From: Thermoanaerobaculia bacterium
GTDB taxonomy: Bacteria > Acidobacteriota > Thermoanaerobaculia > Gp7-AA8
Assembly (NCBI GenBank): GCA_017883265.1
Contig: JADGNX010000001.1
Coordinates: forward strand, 67,361-131,360
Reading direction: 5' to 3'
Length of the DNA stretch: 64,000 bases
The stretch's first letter is position 1; each line of letters begins with the position of its first letter. A model generated the notes under the pieces. That model was given only the letters and a program-made list of their open reading frames with translations. It did no database searches and was not told where the DNA came from. The position numbers were made by a program, and so were the translations under genes. Of the stretch, positions 17,419 through 27,658 are shown piece by piece.

Positions 17419-19255
17419 AGAAACTACGAGTACCCGAGAACGTCATGGCCAGTGAGTTCTTGCGCCGCGTGCGTTTTCCGCGCTGAAGGAAGTCTTCCTT
17501 CGCTTCCATGAGGGTCGAGGGAACATAGGTGGCGCCTGAGGCTAACGTCCGCGGGCGGTCGGTCGTGAATCCGGAGCCACCGGCGACGATCGCCAGATCG
17601 GGGCAACGCTCGGCGAGGAGTGAAAGGAGGGTGTATCCCTGTTCGACATGCGCAAGGTTCGAGCAGGAAATGAAAAGCGCCTCTGGGGTCACTTCGCGAA
17701 GAAATGCCACGAGGTCTTCGTCGGGCAAATCGGTGAAGTAGTCGACGCTGAACCCTTCGGCTCGAAGCAGCTGCGTCAGCATCAGCGTCCCCAGCGAGAG
17801 GCGCTCGCCGGCGACCGACACGGCGACGATGTGATTGGGTGGATCCGAAACGGTGCCGTTGCGATCGCCCAGGCGCACGATCAACTCACGAGTCACATCC
17901 TTGATGAAGTGGTCATTGGCTGTCGTGATTCTCTTCCGTTCGAGCTCCTCGGTTGCGAAGGTGAGAGTCGGTATGAAGAGCTGGTTGAAAACCTCTTCCA
18001 TCGTCTCGTCTTCCGCGTGACGGTCCGCGATTGCGATTGCGCCCGCGCGGTCTCGCAGCAGCAGCCGGTTGTAGAAGCTCAGATATCCTTCCAGTGGATC
18101 TTCTGTTCCGAACATGATCGAGAAGAGGCGAAGGGCCGGGATGAACTCTCCACCGACGGTCAGGCAGACTGAGATCGGAACAGCCAGCAGCAGGCCGACG
18201 GGACCCCACATCCATCCCCAGAAAATCGCGGAGACGAGCAGAGCGATGGGAGAGACTCCGATGCGATGGCCGACGACCAGAGGCTCGATGAAACCGCCGA
18301 GGAGTTGATCGGTCAAAATGTAAAGTGCCAGGACGGCGATCGAGGTGTACCAGCTCGGAAAGAGCGCGAAAGCCAGGAACGTCGGCATGGAGGCACTCAG
18401 CACAGCGCCGACGTAGGGGACGAAGCGCAAAAGTCCGGAGATTACGCCCCACAGTGCAGCGTGAGGAACGCCGATTACAACCAAGCCTATGGCCACCAGC
18501 GTCCCGAAGCCGATGTTGATGAGCGAGATCGTTAACAGATACCGGCTGATCCGCTGCGAGGTCTCGTCGATGGCCTGAGTCGTGACGGTCAGGTGAGCGC
18601 GCCCCGCCAGGCGCAGCATCTTGTCGCGCAACTGCTCCCGATCCTGCAGCAGAAAGAAGACGAGCACGACCACCAGGAACCCGGAGGCTACGAGCTCCAC
18701 GGTAGGAGCCATGGAGCGATAACGGTCGGCTATGTTCCTCTTCTCCGGGATGACCTGGACCTTCATGTCGGGATGCTCGACCTTGTCCGTGGAATCGGCC
18801 ACCCGCTGAAGAGTGCGTTCGACGACCGCAAAAGTACCCGTCGAAGAGCGATGGAAGAACCGGAGCTTGTGCTCGATGTTTCCGCTCGTGGCGGCGACGG
18901 AGATCTCTTTGGCCAGCGCGTTGACCTGTTGATAGATCCACCATCCGCCTGTGCCGATGATGGTCACGGCTAGTCCGAGGGCGATGACGACGGCTCCCGT
19001 GCGCCGCAGAAAGCTCCTCTCCAGAATCGACACGATCGGCGTCAGAAGAAACGCGAAGAGGATGGCCAGAGCAATGGGGATGAAGACCTGCCTGGCGATG
19101 TAGAGGATGGCGATGACGACGATCGAAACAGCGAGGATCCGCGACGTCGACTGCCGCCGCTCCTGGACCGCGCGCTTGTCGACGATCTGGGATGGCGGCC
19201 GTCGCATGGACAGCGTCCTGTCGAGCGCACTGCTGTCGTCCTGCTCGAGATCCAC
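17417..19255 (-). CDS. AI-2E family (PerM/UPF0118) transporter with a C-terminal cobalamin-binding-like module: a helical B12-binding_2-like region plus a Rossmann B12-binding-like domain.
   Basis: N-terminal ~8 TM core typical of AI-2E. The C-terminus VAGERLSLGTLMLTQLLRAEGFSVDYFTDLPDEDLVAFLREVTPEALFISCS…LAIVAGGSG aligns to the CarH/MetH B12-binding fold, with ExLxxG in place of DxHxxG. Confidence 0.75.
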   Translation of the reverse strand: MDLEQDDSSALDRTLSMRRPPSQIVDKRAVQERRQSTSRILAVSIVVIAILYIARQVFIPIALAILFAFLLTPIVSILERSFLRRTGAVVIALGLAVTIIGTGGWWIYQQVNALAKEISVAATSGNIEHKLRFFHRSSTGTFAVVERTLQRVADSTDKVEHPDMKVQVIPEKRNIADRYRSMAPTVELVASGFLVVVLVFFLLQDREQLRDKMLRLAGRAHLTVTTQAIDETSQRISRYLLTISLINIGFGTLVAIGLVVIGVPHAALWGVISGLLRFVPYVGAVLSASMPTFLAFALFPSWYTSIAVLALYILTDQLLGGFIEPLVVGHRIGVSPIALLVSAIFWGWMWGPVGLLLAVPISVCLTVGGEFIPALRLFSIMFGTEDPLEGYLSFYNRLLLRDRAGAIAIADRHAEDETMEEVFNQLFIPTLTFATEELERKRITTANDHFIKDVTRELIVRLGDRNGTVSDPPNHIVAVSVAGERLSLGTLMLTQLLRAEGFSVDYFTDLPDEDLVAFLREVTPEALFISCSNLAHVEQGYTLLSLLAERCPDLAIVAGGSGFTTDRPRTLASGATYVPSTLMEAKEDFLQRGKRTRRKNSLAMTFSGTRSF

Positions 19256-19430
19256 AGTCGCCTCTTCTCAATAACGAAGTAAAAGTCTACTGCAACACTG
19301 CACGATAGCATCCAGTTGCGCCGCGATTGCCTTCCGTGCTCCGAAGACGCTCGAGGCAAGCCTGGTAGGGCTAAGGGTCTTCAGATATGCGACCGCGCAG
19401 CAGAAATCTCGCGTGGCGGCTCTGGCACCA

Positions 19431-21956
19431 CTAGTGGCGAGCTCCGCGCCGTCGGGGGCCACTTGGCTGTGGAGCGGCCGACACCACGATCGTCTTGCTC
19501 GACGAGACCGACAAATCGGGATTTACGACGGTCACGGAGAGGGTGCCCGGCGCGGCCAGATCTGCGGCGCTCAGAAAGGCCGTCAGCTGAGTGCTGCTGA
19601 CGAACTGAGTCGGCCGGGGAGACCCATCGACATTGACGGTTGATCCGAACACGAAATTGATTCCGGTCACGGTGATGCTCTGCGACGGGAGTCCGCTCGT
19701 CAGCGTCGACGGGGAGACGGAGTCGATGTTCGGCTGCCCTGGCGAGAGGATGTTGAGAAACGCCGGCAGCGACAGCGCGGTTGGCGTGTTCCGCACGTTG
19801 ACGGCATAGAACCCCGGAATGAGATCGGCTGCCGTCAGGATCGTGGTCAGCGTCCCTGCGGCGGCGTCGAAGACGGTAGTCCGCTCGGTACCTTTGAAGA
19901 CGATCCTGGAGTTTCCTGTGAATCCTGTCCCGGTGACGGTCAGCGTCACGCTGGCCGGAGGATTCTGGATCAGAGCCGGCGAGATCCCGGTGATCACGGG
20001 CCCGGTGACCGTGAGAGCGACTGCAGCGGAAGTGCCGCCGGTGTCGGTTACCGTGATCTGCAGCGGACCCGGCAATGCCAGATCCGCCGCCAGGAGATTG
20101 ACCGAGAGAGTGTGGGTCGATGGGTCGAAGGTCGTCGTGCGTGGCAAACCCTTCACGTTGACGACCGAGGTAGCGCTGAAGCCGGATCCGGTGACTGTGA
20201 GCACGAACCCGGCGTCGCCTGCGATCGCCGTGGAGGGGGCCAGAGACTGGATGACGGGCGGAATCGAAGCGATGGTCAGGTTCGCCGGGGCGGACGTGAT
20301 TCCGCCTGGATTGACAACGGCAACAGCGATCTGCCTCGGCGAAGCCAGATCGCCCGTGATCACATCGACAGTGAGGTGCAGGCTGCTGACAAAGGTCGTC
20401 GTCCGGGGAACACCGTCGAACGTAACGATGGATTGCGGGAAGAAGTTCATCCCGATCAACTGAAGCGTGAAGGGCGGCGAGCCGACCGCAGCGAACGACG
20501 GGTCGAGCGTCGAGATCATCGCTCCGGTATTCGACGTCACGTTCAGGACGATCGACGCCGACGAGAGACCACCCATGGTGACATCGCTGATAGCCAGCGA
20601 CCTTTCCGTTGTGACGTCGGATGGATCCAGTGTGACGATCAGCTGGGTACTGCTGATGAAAGTCGTGACCCGCGCCACCCCATTGACGAAGACCGTGTCT
20701 GTCATCGTGAATTTCGTCCCGGTCAGCGTGATCTTCAGGTTCGTCGTGCCGACCGGCACGGTGGCGGGATTGAAGCTGGTGATGGTTGGGGCGTTGACGT
20801 CGAAGATGGTAAAGATTACCGCTGTGGACAATCCGCCGTTCTGGCCGGGATTGAACACGGTGATGCTCTCCGTCCCGGTGGCGATCAGGTCCGATGAGGG
20901 AAGATCGACGGTCAGGTGCTTGTCGTCGACAAACGTCGTCGGGCGATCGGCATTGTTGAGCCGGACGACGGCTGTGGTGAGAAAGTTTGTACCGGTGATC
21001 GCCACCCTCGCTCCGATGGCCCCGGAGACGACTGATGCCGGACTGATCGACTGGATGGTCGGGATGTTGCCGCTGGTGACAGTGAGAGTGGCCGCACTGG
21101 ACACAAGCGCTCCGGGATTGGTGACCGTGACGCTCAGAGTCCCGGCTGTTCTTATGTCGTTCGCGGTGATCGGGGCGGTCAGATGGGTGGAATCGACGAA
21201 CGTGGTAACCCGCTGAATTCCGTTGACTCGCACGAAGGAGCCCGATACGAAGTTCGTCCCGACGATGGTCAGCGTGAAGGACGAGCCGAGAGCCACGACC
21301 GTGTCAGGGTTGATGAGGGTGATCGACGGTTGGGCGGTGGCCGTGACTATCAGCGGAGCAGCCCCGGAGATGTGATTGTTCGGATTGGCAACGGTGATGT
21401 TGATGGTATGAGGCGTGGTGACATCGCTGGCCGGGATCGAAACCGACAGCGTGCTGGTATCGACCCATGTGGTCGGGCGGGAAATCCCGTTCACGCGGGC
21501 GATCGCCGCCTGGGCAAAATTCGATCCGTTGACCGTCAAGGTGAAAGCCCCGCTGTTGGCGGGAACGCTGGAGGGGGTCAGCGCCGAGATGACCGGTGAG
21601 TTGGGAAGGACCTGGAAAAGAATGTCGTTCGATGGCGAACCGGTTGGATTGGCGACCGAAATGTTGAGAGTGCCGGTCGATCCGAGGTCCACCGATGAAA
21701 GAGTACCTGTCAGCCGTGTACTGCTGACGAACGTCGTCGTCCGAATGAATCCGTTGACGCGAACGCGGGCGCCGGTTACGAAGTTTGCGCCGTTCACCGT
21801 GAGGATCAGCGATGTGGCCGTGCCGGCCACTGTCGATATCGGACTGATCGTCGACGCGACCGGGTCGCCGACTGCGCCGAAGGTTGGGAGAGCTGCTGAG
21901 AGCGCGGCGATGGAGATCGTAACGGCGAACCAGGTTCTTCTGAATGACGCCATCAT
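19431..21956 (-). CDS. Large secreted surface protein built from ~10 tandem IPT/TIG (Ig-like) repeats.
   Basis: Signal peptide MMASFRRTWFAVTISIAALSAALPTFGA. Repeating ~80-aa unit (P.S..AG…FTLTV.G.NF…S.V.VNG..R.TTFVS.T.LTA.I.A.D……ITV.NPG). The track ORF extends to 22007. Confidence 0.7.
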   Translation of the reverse strand: MMASFRRTWFAVTISIAALSAALPTFGAVGDPVASTISPISTVAGTATSLILTVNGANFVTGARVRVNGFIRTTTFVSSTRLTGTLSSVDLGSTGTLNISVANPTGSPSNDILFQVLPNSPVISALTPSSVPANSGAFTLTVNGSNFAQAAIARVNGISRPTTWVDTSTLSVSIPASDVTTPHTINITVANPNNHISGAAPLIVTATAQPSITLINPDTVVALGSSFTLTIVGTNFVSGSFVRVNGIQRVTTFVDSTHLTAPITANDIRTAGTLSVTVTNPGALVSSAATLTVTSGNIPTIQSISPASVVSGAIGARVAITGTNFLTTAVVRLNNADRPTTFVDDKHLTVDLPSSDLIATGTESITVFNPGQNGGLSTAVIFTIFDVNAPTITSFNPATVPVGTTNLKITLTGTKFTMTDTVFVNGVARVTTFISSTQLIVTLDPSDVTTERSLAISDVTMGGLSSASIVLNVTSNTGAMISTLDPSFAAVGSPPFTLQLIGMNFFPQSIVTFDGVPRTTTFVSSLHLTVDVITGDLASPRQIAVAVVNPGGITSAPANLTIASIPPVIQSLAPSTAIAGDAGFVLTVTGSGFSATSVVNVKGLPRTTTFDPSTHTLSVNLLAADLALPGPLQITVTDTGGTSAAVALTVTGPVITGISPALIQNPPASVTLTVTGTGFTGNSRIVFKGTERTTVFDAAAGTLTTILTAADLIPGFYAVNVRNTPTALSLPAFLNILSPGQPNIDSVSPSTLTSGLPSQSITVTGINFVFGSTVNVDGSPRPTQFVSSTQLTAFLSAADLAAPGTLSVTVVNPDLSVSSSKTIVVSAAPQPSGPRRRGARH

Positions 21957-22072
21957 GCGCACACCCTCCATCAACCTTGCGGCGGCGACAGAGCCGTCGT
22001 CGGGCACTGACAGTCCGAACGCAGAGGCTTGGGATAATTATGCCAGCGAGCGAGCTCGACTGGAATCAGCGC

Positions 22073-23581
22073 TCAAGGCTTCCAGCGAAGAATGGGCTGT
22101 CGTGCCGCCCGGGCCTCGTCCAGGCGGCGGACGGGGGTGGTGTGCGGCGCCGAGCGCACCAGTTCCGGCCGCTCCTCGCACTCCGTGGCGATGGCCAGCA
22201 TGGCGTCGCAGAAGGCGTCCAGCTCCTCTTTGGGCTCAGTCTCCGTCGGCTCGATCATCAGCGCTCCGGCGACGATCAGCGGGAAGTAGATGGTCGGCGG
22301 ATGAAAACCGTAGTCCATCAGTCTCTTGGCGATGTCGAGGGTGTGAACGTCGCGCGAAGTCTGATTGCGGTCGCTGAAGACCACCTCGTGCAGCGAAGGG
22401 GCGTCGTAGGGGAGGTGATACGCGGCCTTGAGGCGCGCACGGATGTAGTTCGCGTTCAGCACGGCGAGTTGTGCCACTCGGCGCAATCCAGTCGGTCCCA
22501 TCGAGCGCATGTAGGTCAGAGCTCTTACCAGAACTCCGAAATTACCGTTGAAGGCGCGCACCCGGCCGATGGATGCGGCGTGGTTGTAGTCGAGGAAAAA
22601 GGAGCCATCGTCACCTTTCTCGATGGTCGGGGTTGGAAGGAACGGAATAAGCCGTTCCGAGACGCCGACAGGACCGGCTCCCGGCCCGCCACCCCCGTGC
22701 GGCGTGGAGAACGTCTTATGCAGGTTCGAGTGAATGACGTCGATCCCCATGTCGCCCGGCCGCGCGATTCCGACGAATGAGTTGAGATTTGCGCCGTCGC
22801 AGTAGAGATAAGCTCCCTTGCGGTGAAGGATGCCAGCGATGGCTGTGATCTGGTCCTCGAAGACACCCAGCGTATTCGGGACGGTGATCATCAGTGCGGC
22901 GACGTCTTCGTCCACCTGTTTCTCGAGCAGATCGAGGTCGAGGGTGCCACGGCTGTTGGACTTGAGCTCTCGAATGCCATAGCCGGCGAAATTGGCCGAC
23001 GCCGGGTTGGTCCCGTGCGCCGAATCGGGGATCAGGATGTACTTGCGCGCGTTGCCGCCCGTTGCCAGAGCCTTGTGAATCATGAGGATTCCGGTCAGCT
23101 CCCTGTGAGCCCCGGCAACCGGTTGCAGAGTGACTCGCGGCATCCCCAGGATCTCTTTCAGAGACTGCTCGAGGTTCCACAACAATTCGAGGTTTCCCTG
23201 GACCTGATCCTCGGGCTGCATCGGATGGGATTGAGCGAACCCGCCGATCCTGGCGATCTCTTCGTTGATTCGAGGGTTGTGCTTCATCGTGCAGGAGCCG
23301 AGCGGATAGAGGCCTGCGTCGATCGATACGTTGAGCTTCGAGAGCCGTGTGAAATGCCGGATGACGTCGACCTCCGACACCTCGCACTCGTCGTCGATCG
23401 TATCGCGGCGCAGCTCGGCGGGGAGCAGGTCCGATAGCTCGCGCCGGGGTACGTCGAGCGCCGGCAGAGAATAGCCGCGCCGGCCCTTCTTCGAGTGCTC
23501 GAAAATCAGGCCTTCCCGATTGAACGCCGGGGCTGCGGCCAGCTTAGCCGCGGCCTCGGGCTTTTCGATGATCGTACTCAT
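22073..23581 (-). CDS. gcvPB: Glycine dehydrogenase (decarboxylating) subunit 2.
   Basis: Start at [11 protein letters not shown] (23581), which overlaps the gcvPA stop (ATGA). PLP-dependent P-protein C-terminal half. The track ORF is extended upstream through gcvPA. Confidence 0.9.
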   Translation of the reverse strand: MSTIIEKPEAAAKLAAAPAFNREGLIFEHSKKGRRGYSLPALDVPRRELSDLLPAELRRDTIDDECEVSEVDVIRHFTRLSKLNVSIDAGLYPLGSCTMKHNPRINEEIARIGGFAQSHPMQPEDQVQGNLELLWNLEQSLKEILGMPRVTLQPVAGAHRELTGILMIHKALATGGNARKYILIPDSAHGTNPASANFAGYGIRELKSNSRGTLDLDLLEKQVDEDVAALMITVPNTLGVFEDQITAIAGILHRKGAYLYCDGANLNSFVGIARPGDMGIDVIHSNLHKTFSTPHGGGGPGAGPVGVSERLIPFLPTPTIEKGDDGSFFLDYNHAASIGRVRAFNGNFGVLVRALTYMRSMGPTGLRRVAQLAVLNANYIRARLKAAYHLPYDAPSLHEVVFSDRNQTSRDVHTLDIAKRLMDYGFHPPTIYFPLIVAGALMIEPTETEPKEELDAFCDAMLAIATECEERPELVRSAPHTTPVRRLDEARAARQPILRWKP

Positions 23582-24942
23582 CGCGCCTCCTTCGTGACCA
23601 CGCCGCGCAACACCTCGACATAGCGATCCATCTGTTCGCGCGTGTTCATCTCGGTGACGGCAACCAGGAAGTCGTTCTGCAGTTCGGGGAAGAACTCGCC
23701 GATGGCCACGCCGCCCAGAATCTTCTGCTCGGCGAAGGCTGCCAGCACCTCGGAAGCCGGACGCGAGGTCCTGACCGTGAACTCGTTGTAGATCGGCCCG
23801 CTGAAGGGAATCTCGGCCAGGCCGGTCGTCGCGAGCTGCTGCCGGAGGTACGCCGCTTTCTGAACGCACTGCACAGCCACCTCGCGCAGACCTTCCCGTC
23901 CCATCAGCGAGAGGTAGATATTCGCCGCCAGCGCGATCAGTGCCTCGTTCGTGCAGATGTTGGACGTGGCCTTTCCGCGGCGGATGTGCTGCTCGCGTGT
24001 GGCCAGGGTCAGAACAAAGGCCCGCCTGCCGTCGACGTCGACGGTCTCGCCGACCAGCCGCCCCGGCATGTGTCGCTTGAGGACGTCACGTACGACCATG
24101 AAACCGACATAAGGCCCTCCGAACTGCGGGGCGATTCCCCATGCCTGTCCTTCGCCAACGGCCACGTCGAAGCCGTGAGCGCCCGGAGGGCTCAGAAGGC
24201 CGAGCGATGAGGCTTCAGCGATCACAGCAATCTTCGTCGCCTTCACTCCATCGGCGATCGAGGCGATTGAGGCGTAATCCTCAATCACTCCGAGGAAGTT
24301 AGGGGACTGCACTGCGACAGCCATGACGTCGTCCGTGCATGCGTCGCGGAGCTGCTCGGGGTCGATCCGTCCATCCGGTCCCCATGGAACCTCGACGACC
24401 TCCAGCCCGAGGTTCTGGACGTAGGTCGTCACGGTGTCGCGATAGTGAGGATGGACCGACTGAGCCACGACCACCTTCTTGCGATTGCGGCTCACCCGCT
24501 CGGCCAGGAGGACTGCTTCGACCAGGGCAGTGGAACCGTCGTACAGCGAAGCGTTCGCTACGTCCAGCCCGGTCAGGAGGCATTGGTGTGTCTGGTACTC
24601 AAAGATCGACTGGAGCGTCCCCTGCGACACTTCCGGCTGGTAGGGAGTGTACGAAGTCAGGAACTCCGAGCGGAGCAGGAGCTGGTCGACGCAGGCCGGC
24701 TGGAAGTGCGAGTAAGCGCCGGCCCCGAGAAACGAGTCGTGATCGACGGCCGTCCGGTTTTTCCGGGCCAGACCGTTGAACCAGCGACGTTGTTCGATCT
24801 CGGACCAGGGACCTGGGAGGTCCAGCAGACGATCGAGCTTTACGGCGTCAGGGATGGTTTCGAAGAGTCGATCGATGCTGTCAACTCCAACGACAGCCAG
24901 CATCTCCCGGATGTCTTCCGAGGCATTCGGGATGTAGCGCAT
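23578..24942 (-). CDS. gcvPA: Glycine dehydrogenase (decarboxylating) subunit 1.
   Basis: Start at [15 protein letters not shown] (24942). P-protein N-terminal half. Confidence 0.9.
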   Translation of the reverse strand: MRYIPNASEDIREMLAVVGVDSIDRLFETIPDAVKLDRLLDLPGPWSEIEQRRWFNGLARKNRTAVDHDSFLGAGAYSHFQPACVDQLLLRSEFLTSYTPYQPEVSQGTLQSIFEYQTHQCLLTGLDVANASLYDGSTALVEAVLLAERVSRNRKKVVVAQSVHPHYRDTVTTYVQNLGLEVVEVPWGPDGRIDPEQLRDACTDDVMAVAVQSPNFLGVIEDYASIASIADGVKATKIAVIAEASSLGLLSPPGAHGFDVAVGEGQAWGIAPQFGGPYVGFMVVRDVLKRHMPGRLVGETVDVDGRRAFVLTLATREQHIRRGKATSNICTNEALIALAANIYLSLMGREGLREVAVQCVQKAAYLRQQLATTGLAEIPFSGPIYNEFTVRTSRPASEVLAAFAEQKILGGVAIGEFFPELQNDFLVAVTEMNTREQMDRYVEVLRGVVTKEAR

Positions 24943-25093
24943 CGTCTGGTCATCATTTTCCGGGCGGGGTAGTGGAGGCTGAGGGTCGTTGGACGGCATG
25001 AGTCCTCTTGGAAAGATCATTGTTGAGCGCCTGGTGGAGGAGAGCGGCCCTGCTGCCCGATGTCGGCCGGAAGGGCAGCCGCCATTTGGGCGC

Positions 25094-25486
25094 CTAGGAG
25101 CCCGATTCGTGCTTGGTGTAGTCCTCGTATTCTTCAGCCGACATCAGCTCATCGACCTCGTCGCGCGCGGCCAGGCGGATCCTGACCATCCACCCATCAC
25201 CGTACGGGTCGGTGTTCACTAGTTCGGGCTTATCAGCCAGCGCCTCATTGACTTCGATCACCTCGCCGGTGACTGGCGAGAAGAGCTCGGAGACCGCTTT
25301 GACCGACTCGATGCTCCCCAGCTCGTCGCCGAGCTCGAGTTGCGCGCCTACCTGAGGCAGCTCGACAAAGACGACATCGCCAAGCTCCTTCTGAGCGTAA
25401 TCCGTGATTCCGATCGTGCCGATGTCGCCTTCCATATGCACGTATTCGTGACTCTTCGCATATCTGCTGTCTTCGGGTGTAGTCAT
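25094..25486 (-). CDS. gcvH: Glycine cleavage system H protein, with a lipoyl-lysine site.
   Basis: 130 aa. LGSIESVKAVSELFSPV lipoyl attachment motif. Confidence 0.9.
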   Translation of the reverse strand: MTTPEDSRYAKSHEYVHMEGDIGTIGITDYAQKELGDVVFVELPQVGAQLELGDELGSIESVKAVSELFSPVTGEVIEVNEALADKPELVNTDPYGDGWMVRIRLAARDEVDELMSAEEYEDYTKHESGS

Positions 25487-25508
25487 CGGGTCACTCCTTC
25501 ACCTTCGT

Positions 25509-26624
25509 TCATTTTGCTCGCTTGTAGAAAGGTGTGGGCACTACGCGGGCGCGCGTCTCTTTTCCTCGGATGACTACCTCGAACTCGCGTCCCACCGCCG
25601 CAGCGGCGAGCGGAAGATATGCGAGTCCGATCGCCTTTTTCAACGTCGGCGACTGAGTTCCGCTGGTGACCACGCCCACTTCCTCCCCACCTTCCACCAC
25701 CGGATAGCCGTGACGGCCGATCCCGCGATCGATCATCTCAAAGCCAACGAGCTTGCGGCGCGGACCATCGGCCACCTCCCGTTGGAGGACGTCCCGCCCG
25801 AAAAAGTCGCCTTTCTCCATCTTGACGATCCAGCCGAGGTCGGCTTCCACAGGGGTCGTCGAGTGGTCAATGTCATTTCCATACAGCGCCATCTTCGCCT
25901 CGAGCCGGAGGGTGTCGCGCGCTCCGAGACCGCATGACAGGATCTCGAAAGGCCGGCCGGCCTCCAGAACCCGACGGTAAACGCGCGGAGACTCCTCAGG
26001 GGACAGGTAGATCTCGAAGCCGTCCTCCCCGGTGTATCCAGTGCGGGATACGAGGGCCGGGATCCCATGGACGGACCCTGTGGCGAAGCGGTAATACTTC
26101 ATGGAGCGAAGATCGATGTCGGTCAGTGGCTGAAGCAGCTCTTCGGCGCGCGGGCCCTGGATCGCGAGTTGGGCGTAGCTCTGGCTGACGTTTTCCACGT
26201 CGACGTCAGAGCTTTTGGCGCAGTCTGCCAGCCACTCGTAATCCTTGTCGGTGTTGGACGCGTTCACGACGACGAAGTAGTCGTTGTCCGCCCTCTTGTA
26301 GATGAGGATATCGTCGACGAAGCCACCGGTGGGGTAAAGGAGGCCGTTGTACTGACAGCGGCCGTTCTCCAGTTTCGAGACGTCGTTGCAAGTGGTCTGC
26401 TGGAGCAGCTGAAGAGCTTCCGGCCCGGTGACGGTGATCTCACCCATGTGCGAAACATCGAAGATCCCGGCACGCTCCCGCACGGCGCGATGCTCGTCGA
26501 GAATGCTCGAGTATTGAACTGGGAGCTCCCACCCGCCGAAATCGACCATCCTACCGCCGAGCTCGCGCTCCAGCGCGTTGAGCGGAGTCTTCTTAAGCGG
26601 TTGATTCGAATCGGCATCGGACAT
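25509..26624 (-). CDS. gcvT: Aminomethyltransferase (glycine cleavage T protein).
   Basis: Start at MSDADSNQPLKKTPL (ATG at 26622-26624, with GGAGG 7 nt upstream). GcvT fold. Confidence 0.9.
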   Translation of the reverse strand: MSDADSNQPLKKTPLNALERELGGRMVDFGGWELPVQYSSILDEHRAVRERAGIFDVSHMGEITVTGPEALQLLQQTTCNDVSKLENGRCQYNGLLYPTGGFVDDILIYKRADNDYFVVVNASNTDKDYEWLADCAKSSDVDVENVSQSYAQLAIQGPRAEELLQPLTDIDLRSMKYYRFATGSVHGIPALVSRTGYTGEDGFEIYLSPEESPRVYRRVLEAGRPFEILSCGLGARDTLRLEAKMALYGNDIDHSTTPVEADLGWIVKMEKGDFFGRDVLQREVADGPRRKLVGFEMIDRGIGRHGYPVVEGGEEVGVVTSGTQSPTLKKAIGLAYLPLAAAAVGREFEVVIRGKETRARVVPTPFYKRAK

Positions 26625-26745
26625 AACGGAGAACCTCCGGCAGGGGAGCGGTAACGTAACACCGCGCGAATTTGACGTCAACGAATGCGAACCCTGCTTG
26701 CTCGCTTCGTGCCGCCGGGGTACGCTCACCAGCGGGAGGGCGGGT

Positions 26746-27654
26746 GTGCAGAGCGAGATCGGTGAGTTTCTCGACTACCTTCATTACGAGCGGAACGTCT
26801 CGGTCAATACCATCACCGCGTACCGGGACGACCTCGAATCGTTCGTGGCCTTTCTGACGGCCGACTATTTCGTCGTGGGTCGGGAGTTGCTCGATCTGAG
26901 AAGCGTCGATCATCTGGCGATCCGTTCGTACCTTGCCCACCTCGCTCGTCGAAAGCTGAGCCGCTCCTCGAGCGCCCGGCACCTGTCCGCCCTCCGCTCC
27001 TTTTTCAAGTTCATGATGCGCGAGGGAATTGTGACAGCCAACCCGGCTCGCGGCGTAAGCACGCCCAGGCGGGAGAAGTTTCTGCCGTCAGTCATCCAGT
27101 CTTCCGACATCGAGACTCTCTTTGAACAGGCGGACTGCGGAAAGCCGCTTGGTGTCCGCGATCGTGCCTGGATGGAGCTTCTCTATGCTTCCGGGCTTCG
27201 CATCGGCGAGCTCGTAGGGATCGATCTTGACGATATCGAGCTGCGAAGCCGGCTGGTCAAGGTCCGCGGCAAGGGATCGAAGGAGCGCATCGTTCCGTTC
27301 GGGTCGAAAGCCGAGGCGGCCATTCGAGCGTGGCTCGCCGCTCGATTGGAATTGATCCGCGGCCACGAGGACGAGCGGCAGCCTCTCTTTCTCAATTATC
27401 GTGGCCAGCGGATCTCGGCCCGCAGTGTCCGGCGTCTGTTCGACGGATATGTGCGCCGAGCCTCGCTCCGCTCCGGTGTATCGCCGCACACGCTGCGGCA
27501 CTCCTTCGCCACGCACCTTCTGAATGCCGGTGCCGATCTTCGCACCATTCAGGAGCTGCTCGGCCACGCCTCGTTGTCGACGACGCAGAAGTACACGCAC
27601 CTCAACGACTGGGAGCTGATCGCGGTCTACAAGAAGGCCCACCCGCGGGCCTGA
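26746..27654 (+). CDS. Tyrosine site-specific recombinase of the XerC/XerD family.
   Basis: A GTG at 26746 is preceded by GGGAGGG. N-terminal core-binding region ([23 protein letters not shown]). Catalytic R…HxxR…Y region ([10 protein letters not shown]…[14 protein letters not shown]). Confidence 0.8.
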   Translation: MQSEIGEFLDYLHYERNVSVNTITAYRDDLESFVAFLTADYFVVGRELLDLRSVDHLAIRSYLAHLARRKLSRSSSARHLSALRSFFKFMMREGIVTANPARGVSTPRREKFLPSVIQSSDIETLFEQADCGKPLGVRDRAWMELLYASGLRIGELVGIDLDDIELRSRLVKVRGKGSKERIVPFGSKAEAAIRAWLAARLELIRGHEDERQPLFLNYRGQRISARSVRRLFDGYVRRASLRSGVSPHTLRHSFATHLLNAGADLRTIQELLGHASLSTTQKYTHLNDWELIAVYKKAHPRA

Positions 27655-27658
27655 GACG

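Noticed and set aside
25021-25093. Inverted repeat CTGCCCGATGTCGGCCGGAAGGGCAG between gcvH and gcvPA as a member of repeat family 1.
   Set aside because: It shares only generic G/C-rich palindromicity and lacks the GTGGAG / GGGGTGG terminal boxes. It is more likely an intra-operon attenuator or processing hairpin. I did not call it because there is no U-tract and no second copy.
26746-27654. A tyrosine recombinase as evidence of an integrated mobile element or prophage boundary.
   Set aside because: The N-terminal core-binding and C-terminal catalytic regions look like chromosomal XerC/XerD. The flanks are housekeeping genes (gcv operon, DUF255 thioredoxin-like) with no compositional shift. 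There is no adjacent tRNA and no direct repeats. I also found no transposase, IS-like terminal inverted repeats or phage genes elsewhere.
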